Below are positions 50,571-63,740 of a DNA stretch of 64,000 nt, in pieces. The translations under genes and the position numbers were made by a program. Source of the stretch: Malacoraja senta. Lineage: Eukaryota. The number at the start of each line of letters is the position of its first letter. Position 1 is the first letter of the stretch. The stretch is taken from positions 27,158,001-27,222,000 of the forward strand of contig CM075987.1 of the NCBI GenBank assembly GCA_038087875.1. The letters are read 5' to 3'. A model generated the notes under the pieces. It did not search any database, was not told where the DNA came from, and worked only from the letters and a program-made list of their open reading frames with translations.

Positions 50571-51762
50571 CCCACCTGCCTGCATTTGGTCGATATCCCT
50601 CCAAACCTGTCCTATCCATGTACCTGTCTAACTGTTCCTTAAACGTTGGGATAGTCCCATCCTGAACCACCTCATCTGGCAGCTCGTTCCATACACCCTT
50701 TACGTGGAAAAAGTGACCCCTCAGATTCCTATTGAATCTTTTCCCCTTCACCTTGAACCCATGTCCTTTGGTCCTCGATTCCCCTACTCTGTGCAAGAGA
50801 CTCTGTGCATCAACCAGTTCTATTTCTCTCATGATCTTATACCCCTCTATAAGATCTCCAGAGTTTTCGGGGTCAGTTTCTTTTGCTATTTTAAGCAAAG
50901 GGCCTTTGCTCTTTGAGCTGCCTTGTTTTAGATAGGTCGGTCCTCAACAGAGCAGCCAGGAATTCAGTGCGGGGTTTAAACGGAGCAAGCCCAGGGCGTG
51001 TATGAAACGCCGCCTCTGCTCGCGTTCACTCTCTGCGCATATTTCACACGGATTTTCTCCCCCCAATCATTATAAAGTGATTATTTGTCTTTTGGTAAAG
51101 ATTAGAGGGCTCGGAGTGAAGCGGGGACGGGTGGCGGAGGGAAGCACATGAGAGAGAACGGGAGCGGGCAGGTTGAAGCACATTGGAGGTCGACAGGGGA
51201 AAGATGCAGCGGCCGGGAGGGAGGGGAAGGGACGGGGAGAGAGAAAGGCAGGGGAGAGGCAGGGAAGGGGGATATAGACACACGGCGAGCTGGAGTAGCT
51301 CTGCTGGGTTAGGGGAGACAGATAGGGGGAGAGGGAGAGAAGGAGGGAGAGAGAGAAGGAGGGAGAGAGAAGGAGGGAGAGAGAAGGAGAGAGATAGAAG
51401 GAGAGAGAGAAGGAGCTGGGACAGAGGGTGCCAGAGGCAGGGAGACAGACCAGTCTGGGGCTTGTTCATGGACCAGTCGCTCAGTGCAAGACCGTGGCGG
51501 GGAATGAATAGACAAAGTGACCGGTCCGTCTCCTGCTACAACTCAGCCCTGGGGAGGGGAGGATCAGAGAGAGATGGGAGACGAGATGGCGAGGTCACGG
51601 TGAGATGGGGAGGGGGTCCGGGACAGATGTGGGGTGGGTGGGGGGGGGGTCCAGGCAGCGACACCCCGTGAGTTGAGACACGGGTGAGGTTTAACTTTGA
51701 CGGGAGCGGGGAAACTTTGGGTGGGGAACCAGAGGGACAGATGGAGGCGCTGAGTGAGTGAG

Positions 51763-52875
51763 AGGGGGCTGGGAGCTGGGGGCTGGAGCTGGGGAGCTGG
51801 GGTCTGGGGGCTGGGGTCTGGGGGCTGGGGAGCTGGAGCTGGGGAGCTGGGGGCTGGAGCTGGGGAGCTGGGGGCTGGGGGCTGGGGGCTGGGGGCTGGG
51901 GAGCTGGAGCTGGGGAGCTGGGGGCTGGAGCTGGGGAGCTGGGGCTGGGGTCTGGGGGCTGGGGAGCTGGAGCTGGGGAGCTGGGGGCTGGAGCTGGGGA
52001 GCTGGGGGCTGGGGGCTGGGGGCTGGGGAGCTGGAGCTGGGGAGCTGGGGGCTGGAGCTGGGGAGCTGGGGGCTGGGGGCTGGGGGCTGGGGAGCTGGAG
52101 CTGGGGGCTGGTTCTGGGGGCTGGGGGCCGTTAGCTGGGGGCTGGGGGCTGGGGGCTGGGGGCTGGAGCTGGGAGCTGGGGGCTGGGGGCTGGGAGCTGG
52201 GAGCTGGGGGCTGGGGGCTGGGAGCTGGGGGTTGGGGGCTGGGGGCTGGGGACTGGGGGCTGGGGGCTGGAGCTGGGGGCTGGGGGCTGGGGGCTGGGGG
52301 CTGGGAGCTGGGAGCTGGGAGCTGGGGGCTGGGGGCTGGGGGCTGGGGGCTGGGGTCTGGAGCTGGGGGCCGTTAGCTGGGAGCTGGGAGCTGGGGCTGG
52401 GGGCTGGAGCTGGAGCTGGGGGCTGGGGGCTGGGGTCTGGGGTCTGGGGTCTGGGGGCTGGGGGCTGGTGGCCGGAGCTGGGGGCTGGGGGCTGGGGGCT
52501 GGGGGCTGGGGGCTGGGGGCTGGTGGCCGGAGCTGGGAGCTGGGGGCTGGTGGCCGGAGCTGGGGGCTGGGGGCTGGGGGCTGGGGGCTGGGGGCTGGGG
52601 GCTGGGGGCTGGGGGCTGGGAGCTGGGGGCTGGGGGCTGGAGCTGGGGGCTGGGGGCTGGGGGCTGGGGGCTGGGGGCTGGTGGCCGGAGCTGGGGGCTG
52701 GGGGCTGGGGTCTGGGGGCTGGGAGCTGGGGGCTGGGGGCTGGGGGCTGGGGGCTGGGAGCTGGGGGCTGGGGGCTGGAGCTGGGGGCTGGGGGCTGGTG
52801 GCCGGAGCTGGGGGCTGGGGGCTGGGAGCTGGGGGCTGGGGGCTGGGGGTTGGGGGCTGGGGGCTGGGGGCTGGG
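51763..52875. repeat. ~1.1 kb G-rich simple repeat (GGGGGCT/GGAGCT)n in NSMF intron 1
   Basis: Direct reading; ends ~20 bp from the exon 1 donor. Confidence 0.96.
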
Positions 52876-53300
52876 TCGCGGTTCCCGCAGCAACTTACCG
52901 GAGCGAGGGTTCAGGCGGGGAGACGGTGCCGCTCCGCGAGGGTCTGCGCTTGGACACAGCGCTGCCCATCCTCGATACTGACCGGCCCGCCGGCAATCAT
53001 CGCCCCACCCGCGCCCACCCTGCCCGCAGCCCCCGGGACCCCGCTCCCATGTCCCACACACAGACCCACACACAGACCCACACACAGACCCACACACAGA
53101 CCCACAGCCCCGCACTCTGCTCTCTCTCTCACACACACACACACACCGCTCCCAGCGCCGGGGATTGGGGCGGGGAGGGGGAGGAGGGGAGGAGGGGAGG
53201 GGGTGGCCGCCGAATATGGGCAACGGGGAGGGAACGGGAATGATGCGGGAACCGACACCCCCTCACACCGAGAGGGGAGGGGAGGGGAGGGGAGGGAGGA
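52870..53300 (-). promoter_or_regulatory. CpG/GC-rich promoter, 5' UTR and exon 1 region of NSMF
   Basis: High CpG density around the ATG; GC box GGGGCGGGG near 53167; contrasts with CpG-poor unique flanks. Confidence 0.7.
52899..52969 (-). CDS. NSMF: NSMF exon 1 (71 nt coding), MGSAVSKRRPSRSGTVSPPEPSL(R)
   Basis: ATG in GAGGATGG context, Gly2/Ser6 N-myristoylation pattern as in Jacob, donor CG|GTAAGT, inside a CpG-rich segment. Confidence 0.9.
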
Positions 53301-56300
53301 GCCAGAGAGGGAGAGAGATGAGGGGGTCGGAAAGAGAGAGATAGGGGAGGGGGTGTTGAGATGTGGGGGGGGGGGGGGTCCCAGACCATGGGGAGGGGTC
53401 GGGCCATGGAGGGGGTCACAGGGAGGGAGGGAGGGGAGGGAGGGAGGGAGGGGGTGTTTGGCAGTAGAGGGGTGGGCGAGACATTGTCAGGGTTAGAAGG
53501 TCAGAGAGATCATAAGATCACTAGTGGTAGGAGCAGAATTAGGCCATTCGGCCCATCAAATCTACTCCGCCATTCAATCATGGCTGATCTATCGAAGGTA
53601 GACAAAAGTGCTGGAGAAACCCAGCGGGTGCAGCAGCATCTATGGAGGGAAGGAAATAGGCAACGTTTCGGGTCGAGACCTTTCTTCGATTTTCCAGTTC
53701 CAGTTCTGCAGTTCATTCTCAATCATGGCTGATCTCCCTCTCCCTTCTAAACCCATTCTCCTGCCTTCTCCCCGTAACCCCTGACATCCAAGAGGGAGGG
53801 GTGAGGGGGTCAGAGAGGGATCGAGGGGGTGACAGGTTGGAGCGGACAGAGAGCGGAGGGGATGGGGGTTAGGGTCTTATTGTCAGGTATACAGAGTTAT
53901 CTACATGTGTGAGTGCATCAGGTAGCGCAAAAGGGAAAACACAGTGCAGAATATAGTATGGCAGCCAAACAGCCAAGCAGTAAAGTTTTAAAAAAGTGCA
54001 ATGGCCACAATGAGGTAGCTTGGAAGATTATGAATTCATTCTTATCACTATGAGAGGTCAATCAAGAGTTATAGAGTCACACGGTGTGGAAACAGGCCCT
54101 TCGGCCCAACTTGCCCACACCGGCCAACATGTCCCATCTACACTAGTCCCACCTGCCTGTATTTGGTCCATATCCCTCCAAACCTGTCCTATCCCTGTAC
54201 CTGTCTAACTGTTTCTTAAACGTTGCGATAGTCCCTGCCTCAACTACCTCCTCTGGCAGCTCGTTCCATACACCCACCGCCCTTTGTGTGAAAAAGTCAC
54301 CCCTCAGGTTCCTGTTAAATCTTTCGGATTTAACAGGGACGGTAAGATTTAACAGGAACCTGAGGGGTGACTTTGTCTTGAACCTTGAACCTATGTCCTC
54401 TGGTGTAGGAAGGAACTGCAGATGCTGGTTTAAGTTGAAGATAGACACATAATGCTGGAGTAACTCAGCGGGACAGGCAGCATCTGCTGAGTTACTCCAG
54501 CATGTTGTGTCTATGTACAGTATGTCCTCTGGTTCTCGATTCCCCTTCTCTGGACAATAGACTCTGTGCGTCTACCTGATCTAATCCTCTCATGACTTTG
54601 TGCACACACAGATTTACACAGAGGGATTTGCAGATACAGTTGAAGAACGAGAAGATTAGCAGATATTATATTAGACTAATAAAATGGGGCTGCGTTTAGT
54701 TGCATACCTTATACACTAATCCTACCCACCTATTTTAATCGCCTCACATTCCCATCAACTCAGGGCGGCACGGTGGCGCAGCGGTAGAGTTGCTGCCTCA
54801 CAGCGCCAGAGACCCGGGTTCGATCCTGACTACGGGTGCTGTCTGTACGGAGTTTGCGTGTTCTCCCCGTGACCTGCGTGGGTTTTTCCCCGGGTGTTCC
54901 GGTTCCCTTCAAACCTGTACGTCTTCGGAGTGTGGGAGGAATCCAGAGCACCCGGAGAAAAAACCCACGCAGGTCACGGGGAGAACGTAGAAAGACAGCA
55001 CCTGTAGTCAGGATGGAACCTGGGTCCCTGGCGCTGTGAGGCAGCAACTCTACCATGCCTCCCCGACATGGGACATTCTGAGAAGAAGATTCAGTACAAT
55101 ATGGTTCAGGTGTTGAGAGCAACCCATCACAACAACAGCAACAAGGTTTGACTAATAGGTGATTACATAAGCTGACAGGTTGGGAACTTCTGGCAATAGT
55201 TAGAAAAACTCCATTTTATGAAACATCTTGACTATGGAGCATTGCCAATATCTGTGCCAATACACCAGGCCAAGGTCAGAGATTTCATTGGTCAAGTATG
55301 CATCAATGTGCGAGCAGAATTTCCTGTTAAAATATGCATCAGCAACTTACAGATGCAGAAATGACAGGCGGTTAGTTGTCCTTCAATGCAAGGGAGGTGC
55401 AGCATAGTTTAGGACAGGTTTAGAGGGATATGGGTCAAACGTGGGATGAGAGTAGATGGGACATGTTGGCCGGTATGGGCAAGTTGGGCCGAAGGGCCTG
55501 TTTCCACGCTGTATGACTCTATGACTCTTGCTCCAGTAAAACCCTGCCCAGAGTATTGAAGATTGAAGTAACTCAGCGGGACAGGCAGCATTTCTGGAGA
55601 CAAGGAAGAGGTGATGTTTCGGGTCGAGACCTTCATCAATCTGAAAACAGAATCCAGTATCCAGACAATTTGATCCACACCACGTGATGTGGAGGAATGG
55701 CTGGGAGCACTGGGTTATCTAAAGGCCATGGAATCGCAGAACAGAGAACTGCAAACCTGTGGCCCAAAGCTAGCAACACTTCCGATTAAACATTGAATTA
55801 AATTTACAACGCGACCAACAGATAATGTGGGAAATTGCTCAGGCAGAAACTGCTCATAAAATGTAGGGCAGATTCAACCCAACTAATTAATCATAATGAA
55901 TCAATCTAATCTAAGTCATTAGCAATGTGATGGAAGCTGTCATTGACAGTGCTAATGTGTGGCCCTCAGTCAGCAGAAACTCACTCACTATCCACCAGTC
56001 TGGGGTTTGCCTAAACCACTCAACTCCAGACAACATTATCGCCTTGTAGACAAAAATGCTGGAGAAACTCAGCAGGTGCAGCAGCATCAATGGAGCGAAG
56101 GAAATAGGCAACGTTTCGGGCTGAAACCCTTCTTCAGTCTGAGATACAGCGCGGAAACAGGCCCTTCGGCCCACCGAGTCCGCACCGACCAGCGATCCCC
56201 GCACACTAACACGACCCTACACACACACACACACACACACACTAGGGACAATTTATTTTCATTGATACCAAGCCAATTAACCTACAAACCTGCACGCCTT

Positions 56301-59300
56301 TGGAGTGCAGGAGAAAACTGAAGATCTCGGAGAAAACCCACGCAGGTCACGGGGAGAATGTACAAACTCCGTACAGACAGCACCCGTAGTCGGGATTGAA
56401 CCCAGGTCTCTGGCGCTGCAAGCGCTGTAAGGCAGCAACTCTACCGCTGCGCCACCGTGCTGCCCCCGCCCACACTGGTGCATGGTGTACTCAAACACTG
56501 AAGTATTGAATTCCATCTGTGTAGTAAGAGTAACTGCCCTTGACATCAGGGCAACAGTCACCCAATTGTGGCATCAAGGATCCTTTAAAACTGAAGGGTG
56601 CGGTGGTGCAGCGGGTAGAGCTGCTGCCTCACAGCGCCAGGGACCCGGGTTCAATCCTGACTATGGGTGCTGTCTGTAGGGAGCTTGCACGTACGTTCTC
56701 CCCGTGACCTGCGTGGGTTTTCTCCGGGTGCTCCAGTTTCCTCTCACACTCCAAAGACGTGCGGGTTTGTGGATTAATTGGTTTTGGTTAAAAAAAATAG
56801 TAAATTGTCCCTAGTTTGTTGGATAGTGCGAGTATATGGGGTTCATAAGTTTTTGGAGTAGAATTAGGCCATTCGGCCCGTCAAGTCTACTCTGCCATTC
56901 TCCTGCCTTCTCCCCATGACCCCTGACACCCTGACTAATTAAGTGGTTGATCAGTGGGCCAAAGGGCCTGTTTCCATCTGTAGGAAGGAACTGCAGGTGC
57001 TGGTTTAAATCAAAGGTGGGCACAAAATGCTGGAGTAACTCAGCAGGTGAGGCAGCTTCTCTGGAGAGAAGGAATGGGCGACGTTTCGGGTCAAGACCCT
57101 TCTTCAGACTGATTCTATGCTTGCATGTTCCTGTCTCCATGCTGTGTCTAAAATAAATCCACTGATTCCAACGGAACACCACCTCCCACTTTCCGCCACT
57201 ATCAAAAGTTGAATCACTGTTCCCTATTTTCAGTTTTGGAGGCAATTTGTGATCGACCATTACATGCCCTCATTCTCCACGTGCTTGACATTCGGTACAA
57301 GTACATTGAGTAATACCTGCTCAAAGTAGTTTTGGAAATTGTACAAACATATTGTACCTATTACGTTACCCATATACAGTAACCCACCTCTTGCCCAGAT
57401 ACATCTCTGCTAGTTCTTCAATAAAAGTCGCCAGCTTTTGCCAAGTTTGACTCCTCCTTGGAGTAAGTGCTGACAACTCATTATTATACTTTGACTTTCT
57501 ACATTTATTTTATTGTATTTTTAAGTAAAAGTCTCTTTATCTTCGAGATCACCCATATTAAGCTAATTGGAATATATTTACTCAGACACTTTCTGTTTTT
57601 ATATATTGGAATCACATTAGCTATCCACTGAATTTCTGGCACATTTCCCTCTGTTAATGCATGTGTATTTATGCATATAGTCTCCTTGTCTTTACAAGTT
57701 CACGTTATAGCAGAATTAGGCCATTCAATCCTGGCTGATCTCTGCCTCCTAATCCCATTACTATCATTTACTTTCATTTAATTTACTTTAATGAATGGGC
57801 AGAACCTTTCTCTGCTGTCCTTGTCGGTAATAGGTCTAGATTGATTTGATCTGTGGCGGCTCGATGGCACAACGCCAGACACCCGGGTTCGATCCTGACT
57901 GCGGGTGCTGTCTGTATGGAGTTTGCACGTCCTCTCCTTCTACCGCGTGGGTTTGCTCCGGGTGCTCCGGTTTCCTCCCACACTCCAAAGACGTACAGGT
58001 TTGCAGATGAATTGGATTCGGTAAAATTGTAATTTGTCCCGAGTGGGTGTAGGGTAGTGTTAGCGTGCAGGGATCGCTGGTCGGCGCGGACTCGGTGGGC
58101 CGAAGGGCCTGTTTCCGCCCGCGCTGTATCTCTAAACTTTAAAGCCGTGGATCCAAACCATTTGAAATCCATATCCTCACCATTTCTTCCAAAGTTATGC
58201 CCATGAAGTCTTGTGGCAAATCTAAAGACAAAGTCATTGTACCATGGGTCTGATGAAGGGTGTCGACCTGAAAAACATTACCTATTCCTTATCCCCAGAG
58301 ATGCTGCCTGGCCCGCTGAGTTACTCCAGCATTTTGTGTCTATCTTCATTGTTCCAGGTGTGACCAATGAGCCCAGTGAGTAAACGATGATTCTCCTGCA
58401 TACTTCACGATATTCCTCCCTGCTCCTTGTTATATCCATTGCTATTTTAATATTGTTTTTTATGTTTGCTATCCAAGTTGTTTTTTCTTGTATTTTCCTG
58501 ATCTTTTTAGTCACCTATGATATGCCACTGCTTCATTTATTGCTTATGTACTCTTCATTTTTATATTTAGTTCTCTCTTCATCTCAACAAAAGTCATTGC
58601 AACAGTGACTCTGATGGAATAACGATCGGTGATTTGTTGATTTGTATTTCCTTACTCGATGATCTACATATTATTTATCGTTGTTATTCCTATTTGCCAG
58701 ATTTTATTTAATGTCATTTGTATCACTTTTTTTCTGAATGTTCTCTACTTAATTACATTTAATTTTATAGCTTTCGATCTGATTCATTGCTCATATTAGT
58801 CGTATATTTATTAACTTAAATGCAAATACCTCCTTGCTACAGTTGAGCCTGGGCTCAAACTCCCAGTTCAGTTTAGTTTAGAGATACAGCGTGGAAACAG
58901 GCCCTTCGGCCCACCGAGTCCGTGCCGACCAGCGATCCCCGCACAGTAACACAGTCCAACACACACTAGGGACAATTTACATATCACACCAAGCCAATTA
59001 AACTATTCTTTGGAGTCTTTGGAGTGTGGGAGGAAACCGGAGCACCCGGCAAAATCCCACGCAGGTCACGGGGAGAATGTACAAACTCCGTACTGACAGC
59101 ACCCGTAGTCAGGATTGAACCCGTGTCTCTGACGCTGTGAGGCAGCAACTCTACCGCTGAGCCTCCATACCACCACAGCTCAAACCAATCTAGATCTATT
59201 ACCGCCAGGTCAAGAGTCAGGAGTGTTTTATTGTCATGTGTCCCAGATAGGACAGTGACATTCTTACTTGCTGCAGCACAACACAATATGTAAACAGAAT

Positions 59301-62300
59301 ACAGAACGGGAGAAGAAAAAAGTCCACACACTGGGGCCAATTTACAAAAGCCAATTAACCAACACATTTTGGAATGTGGGAGGAAACCGGAGCACCCGGG
59401 GAAAACCCGTGCAGGGGGAATGTACAAATTCTATGACAGACAGCTGCGCCACCGTGCCACACAGTTACTCCAGCACTTTGTGTCCATCTTCAGTTCGAAG
59501 GGATAGTCGCATTGTCACCACATCCCGTCTCGCAGATGAGACGTTAAATTTCATTTATCCTCCAAGAAGATGATTTTAAGGAAGCGCAAAGAGTTTGCCC
59601 TGAAGTCTTAAAAATAACGGAGTCAGGGGATATGGGGAGAAGGCAGGAACGGGGTACTGATTGGGGGATGATCAGCCATGATCACATTGAATGGCGGTGC
59701 TGACTCGAAAGGCCGAATGGCCTACTCCTGCACCTATTGTCTATTATGGAACCTTACTGTGTAACCTTACTGTGGCCCTGACGCGGTGAAGTGTTTATTC
59801 TCTGCTTTAAATGGAAATGTCGGTGTATGATTGAGTAATGTGCCTGTGTGTGAAAGGGAGAGGAAAATGAGTGAATGTGAAGGACAAGTGGATGGACAGA
59901 AACCACAGAGAAGCATTGTGTGTGGAAGCTACAGGGACTGGCGGTCAAGCTAATGTATGTAAATGGCAGGGCACACCAGCTTACTGAGTGAACTGTCTCA
60001 GTAGAGCCATTCTTCCCGCTCGATAAATGCTGCCACTGACGGGTCATTTACACTTGACTTTGAAGACTGAATGTGAGCTTCAACCCTATGGAGCCAGTCA
60101 TCTTTCTCAGCATTGTAACCACAACTTGCCTCAAAGTTTCACGCAAAGCATGGTGGGTGTATGGAACGAGCTGCCGGAGGAGGTAGTTGAGGAGGGACTA
60201 CCCCAATGTTTAAGAAACATTTAGACAGGTACATGGATAGGACAGGTTTAGAGGGATATGGACTAAACGCAGGCAGGTGGGACTAGTGTAGATGGGACAT
60301 GTTGACCGGTCTGGGCCAAAGGGCCTGTTTCCACACTGTATCACTCTATGACACTGCATAAGGGCATCAGATAACATTTAGTACTGAGTCACACAGGAAG
60401 CTTAAGGCATGGTGATGAAAGGTTTGGCCATGTGGGTTTAAGGAGTATCGAGGGCAGGAATGGGTCTGCAGAGAATGAGCTGCAACTATAAGAAAATAAT
60501 TTAACTGTGCATTTGCATTATAGACAATAGATGCAGGAGTAGGCCATTCGGCCCTTCGAGCCAGCACCACCATTCAATGTGATCATGGCTGATCATCCCC
60601 AATCAGTACCCCGTTCCTGCCTTCTCCCCATATCCCCCGAGTCCCTATCTTTCAGAGCCCAATCTAGCTCTCTCTTGAAAGTATCCAGAGAACCGGCCTC
60701 CACCGCCCTCCGAGGCAGAGAATTCCACAGACTCACAACTCTGTGTGGAAAAGTGTTTCCCCATCTCCGTTCTAAATGGCTTACCCCTTATTCTTAAACT
60801 GTGGCCCCTGGTTCTGGACTCCCCCAACATTGGGAACATGTTTCCTGCCTCTAGCGTGTCCAAACCCTTAACAATCTTATATGTTTGAATGAGATCCCGT
60901 CTCATCCTTCTAAACTCCAGAGTGTACAAGCCCAGCCGTTCCATTCTCTCAGACTGAAAGAACCATTGACAATTCACCATTCACCATTGAAAATCACTCT
61001 GCAAATAATGGAAACAGAACATGTCACGTTTATAGGCAATGTACTATGAAACGATTCAGAAATTCAGTAATATAACAGAAATGTTTTTAGCACAGTGTAT
61101 TGATCTAACAATCCCACTGATACCATGTTCCATAACCAAAGGGGCTCCCATTAAGATCAGTCCCCTTAAGTTGAACATAAATCATAAACGCTTCATTCTG
61201 ATCCTGCCCGGTAACTCCAAAGGGCCTGTTTCAGTGCTGAATCTCCTAATCCAGGAGGAATACCTCAGAACATCAGATCTTTGGTCATTTTTATTCAGAT
61301 ACGATTCACAGGGTGAAAATACCTTGAAATTCATCTTCTCAGTGAAATATTCTTGTCTTTCGTATTTTGAAAGTATTTGCATTTTTGTGAATGAACTAAT
61401 TGAGGTTAATTAGGCAGAATACTATGTTTAACTATTTGTGTACAAAGAAACTGCAGATGCTGGTTTACACCGAAGATAAGCACAAAGTGCTGGAGTAATT
61501 CAGTGGGACAGGCAACATCTCTGGAGAAAAGGGATGGGTGACGTTTCGGGTTGAGACCCTTCTTCAGACTGATGTGGGGGTGGGGGTGGGGGGGGGAAGA
61601 GGAAAGGAAGAGGCGGAGACAGTGGGCTGTGGGAGAGGAGGTTGTTAAACTGTCTTCGGAGAGAGGAGGAGACCTTCTTCAAAGTCGCCATACCTTGAGG
61701 AGATTTCGCAGTGGAGTAGACAAAATGTTTAAGAAGGAACTGCAGATGCTGGAAAATCAAAGGTTGACAAAAGTGCTGGAGAAACTCAGCGGGTGCAGCA
61801 GCATCTATGGAGCGAAGGAAATAGGCGAGGTTTCGGGTGGAGGGTGTTGGTGTCTCAGTGGAGTGGGGGCATCCCCAGAGACCACAGTGACAAATGGATC
61901 ACGTTTGTTTGGAGAATATACCAGCTGGCTGGTGATGATATTTAAGCTGATATCTAAAACCTCCCTCTGTGGGTGGGATGGGGCTGAAAGGCCATCATTA
62001 ATGAGAGGGACACACACAACACTCTGCATTGATTACACTCTGCTCACTGACATGTTTTTGTGCACTATCTTTAGAGCGGGGACAGTGTAATCCCAGGATT
62101 ACATCAGCATATGTGTCTCATGCTGGAGGAATTCAGTCGTAACCGATACATGGGGAAGGGGGGTGTGGGGGGGATGGAGCCTGAACAGCAGGGATCACAA
62201 ATGCAAGCACATCCTTCCTCCGTTCATTGCGACGGGCTGGGCATTCATTGGCATCTGGTTGTAACTCCAAGTATCTCCCTGATGGACACAAGCAACATAT

Positions 62301-63364
62301 CTCCCTGTCCCAAACTATCTCCGTTCCCTCCTGATGTAAGGGAGACAAACAGCTGAGGATTACAAACCCATACAGGCTCTGCCTTCTCTCCACGTTACCT
62401 CATATGAGACGGAACAGCTGTAACGCTGTCTGCAAATATCACCGCCAGAATGATCACAGCTCAGGTCGAAGAGAAACTCGCTGGGGAAAGTGAGTTTAGA
62501 TTAGTTTATTGTCACGTGTACCGAGGTACAGTGAAAAGCTTTTGTAGCACGCTAACCAGTCAGCTGCAAGACAATACATGGTTACAATCGAGGCATTTAC
62601 CAGTGTGTAGATACTAATGATGTAGCTAGTAGTTCAGGACTGCTCTCCAGATAGGATGGTTCAGTTGCCTAATAACAGCTCACATACAGTGAGTGCCTGC
62701 ACGAGGTCTTCCTGAATGGTCCAATACAGGAAAATAGAAGCAACAATAGACAATAGATAATAGGTGCAGGAGGAGGCCATTTGGCCCTTCGTGCCAGCAC
62801 TGCCATTCAATGTGATCATGGCTGATCATCCACAATCAGTACCCCGTTCCTGCCTTCTCCCCATATCCCCTGATCGCTATCTTTAAGACCTCTATCTAGC
62901 TCTCTATTGAAGCTATCCAGAGAACCGGCCTCCACCGCCCTCTGAGGCAGAGAATTCCACAACTCTTTGTGTGAAAAAGTGTTTCCTCATCTCCGTTCTA
63001 AATGGCTTCCTCCTTATTCTTAAACTATGGCCCCTGGTTCTACAGAATATAAGCCAAGTGGATGAAGTGGACACAGAGTGCTGGAGTAACTCAGTGGGTC
63101 AGGCAGCATCTGTGGAGAACATGGATAGGTGACGTTTCACAGAGTGCTGGAGTAACTCAGTGGGTCAGGCAGCATCTGTGGAGAACATGGATAGGTGACG
63201 TTTCACAGAGTGCTGGAGTAACTCAGTGGGTCAGGCAGCATCTCTGGAGGACATGGATAGGTGACGTTTCGGGTCGGGACCCTTCTTCAGACAGAATGTT
63301 GGGGTGGGAGAGATAGAGAGTTCAAATAGAGGAGGGGCCGGTCACAGAGTGGTGAGTGATAGAT

Positions 63365-63740
63365 TATAGGGGAGATCTTATAGAGGTGTGTAAAATCATG
63401 AGAGGAATAGATCGGGTAGACGCACACAGTCTCTTGCCCAGAGTTGGGGAATCATGGACCAGAGGACATAGGTTTAAGGTGAAGGGGGAAAGATTTAATA
63501 GGAACCTGAGGGGTAACATTTCCACACAAGGGGTGGTGGGTGTATGGAACAAGCTGCCAGAGGAGGTAGTTGAGACAGTGACTATTACAAATGTTTAAGA
63601 AACATTTGGACAGGTACATGGATAGAATAAGTTGAGGGATATGGGCCAAACGCGGGCAGGTGCGACTAGTGTAGATGGGACATGTTGGACGGTGTGGGCA
63701 AGTTGGGCCGAAGGGCCTGATTCCATGCTGTATCTCTAAA
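63365..63740 (+). mobile_element. CR1/HER1-type 3' fragment, tail type C (similar: 17575-17870 +, 17975-18145 -, 23400-23910 -, 28740-29122 +, 50333-50857 -, 54070-54600 -)
   Basis: RGDLIEVCKIMRGIDRVD...TRGHRFKVKGERF...VVGVWNKLP; tail gggccgaagggcctg.ttcca.gctgtat is shared with the SINE. Confidence 0.85.

Noticed and set aside
51691..53496. Long Pro-rich and Gly/Trp-rich ORFs (510, 407, 342 aa)
   Set aside because: Translations of the stop-free (GGGGGCT)n repeat; the real coding part is the 71-nt exon 1.
58350..58860. AT-rich block with ORFs 58278..58514 and 58387..58608, faintly like an RTE-LINE C-terminus or a membrane peptide
   Set aside because: Similarity too weak to support; hydrophobicity is explained by T-richness.
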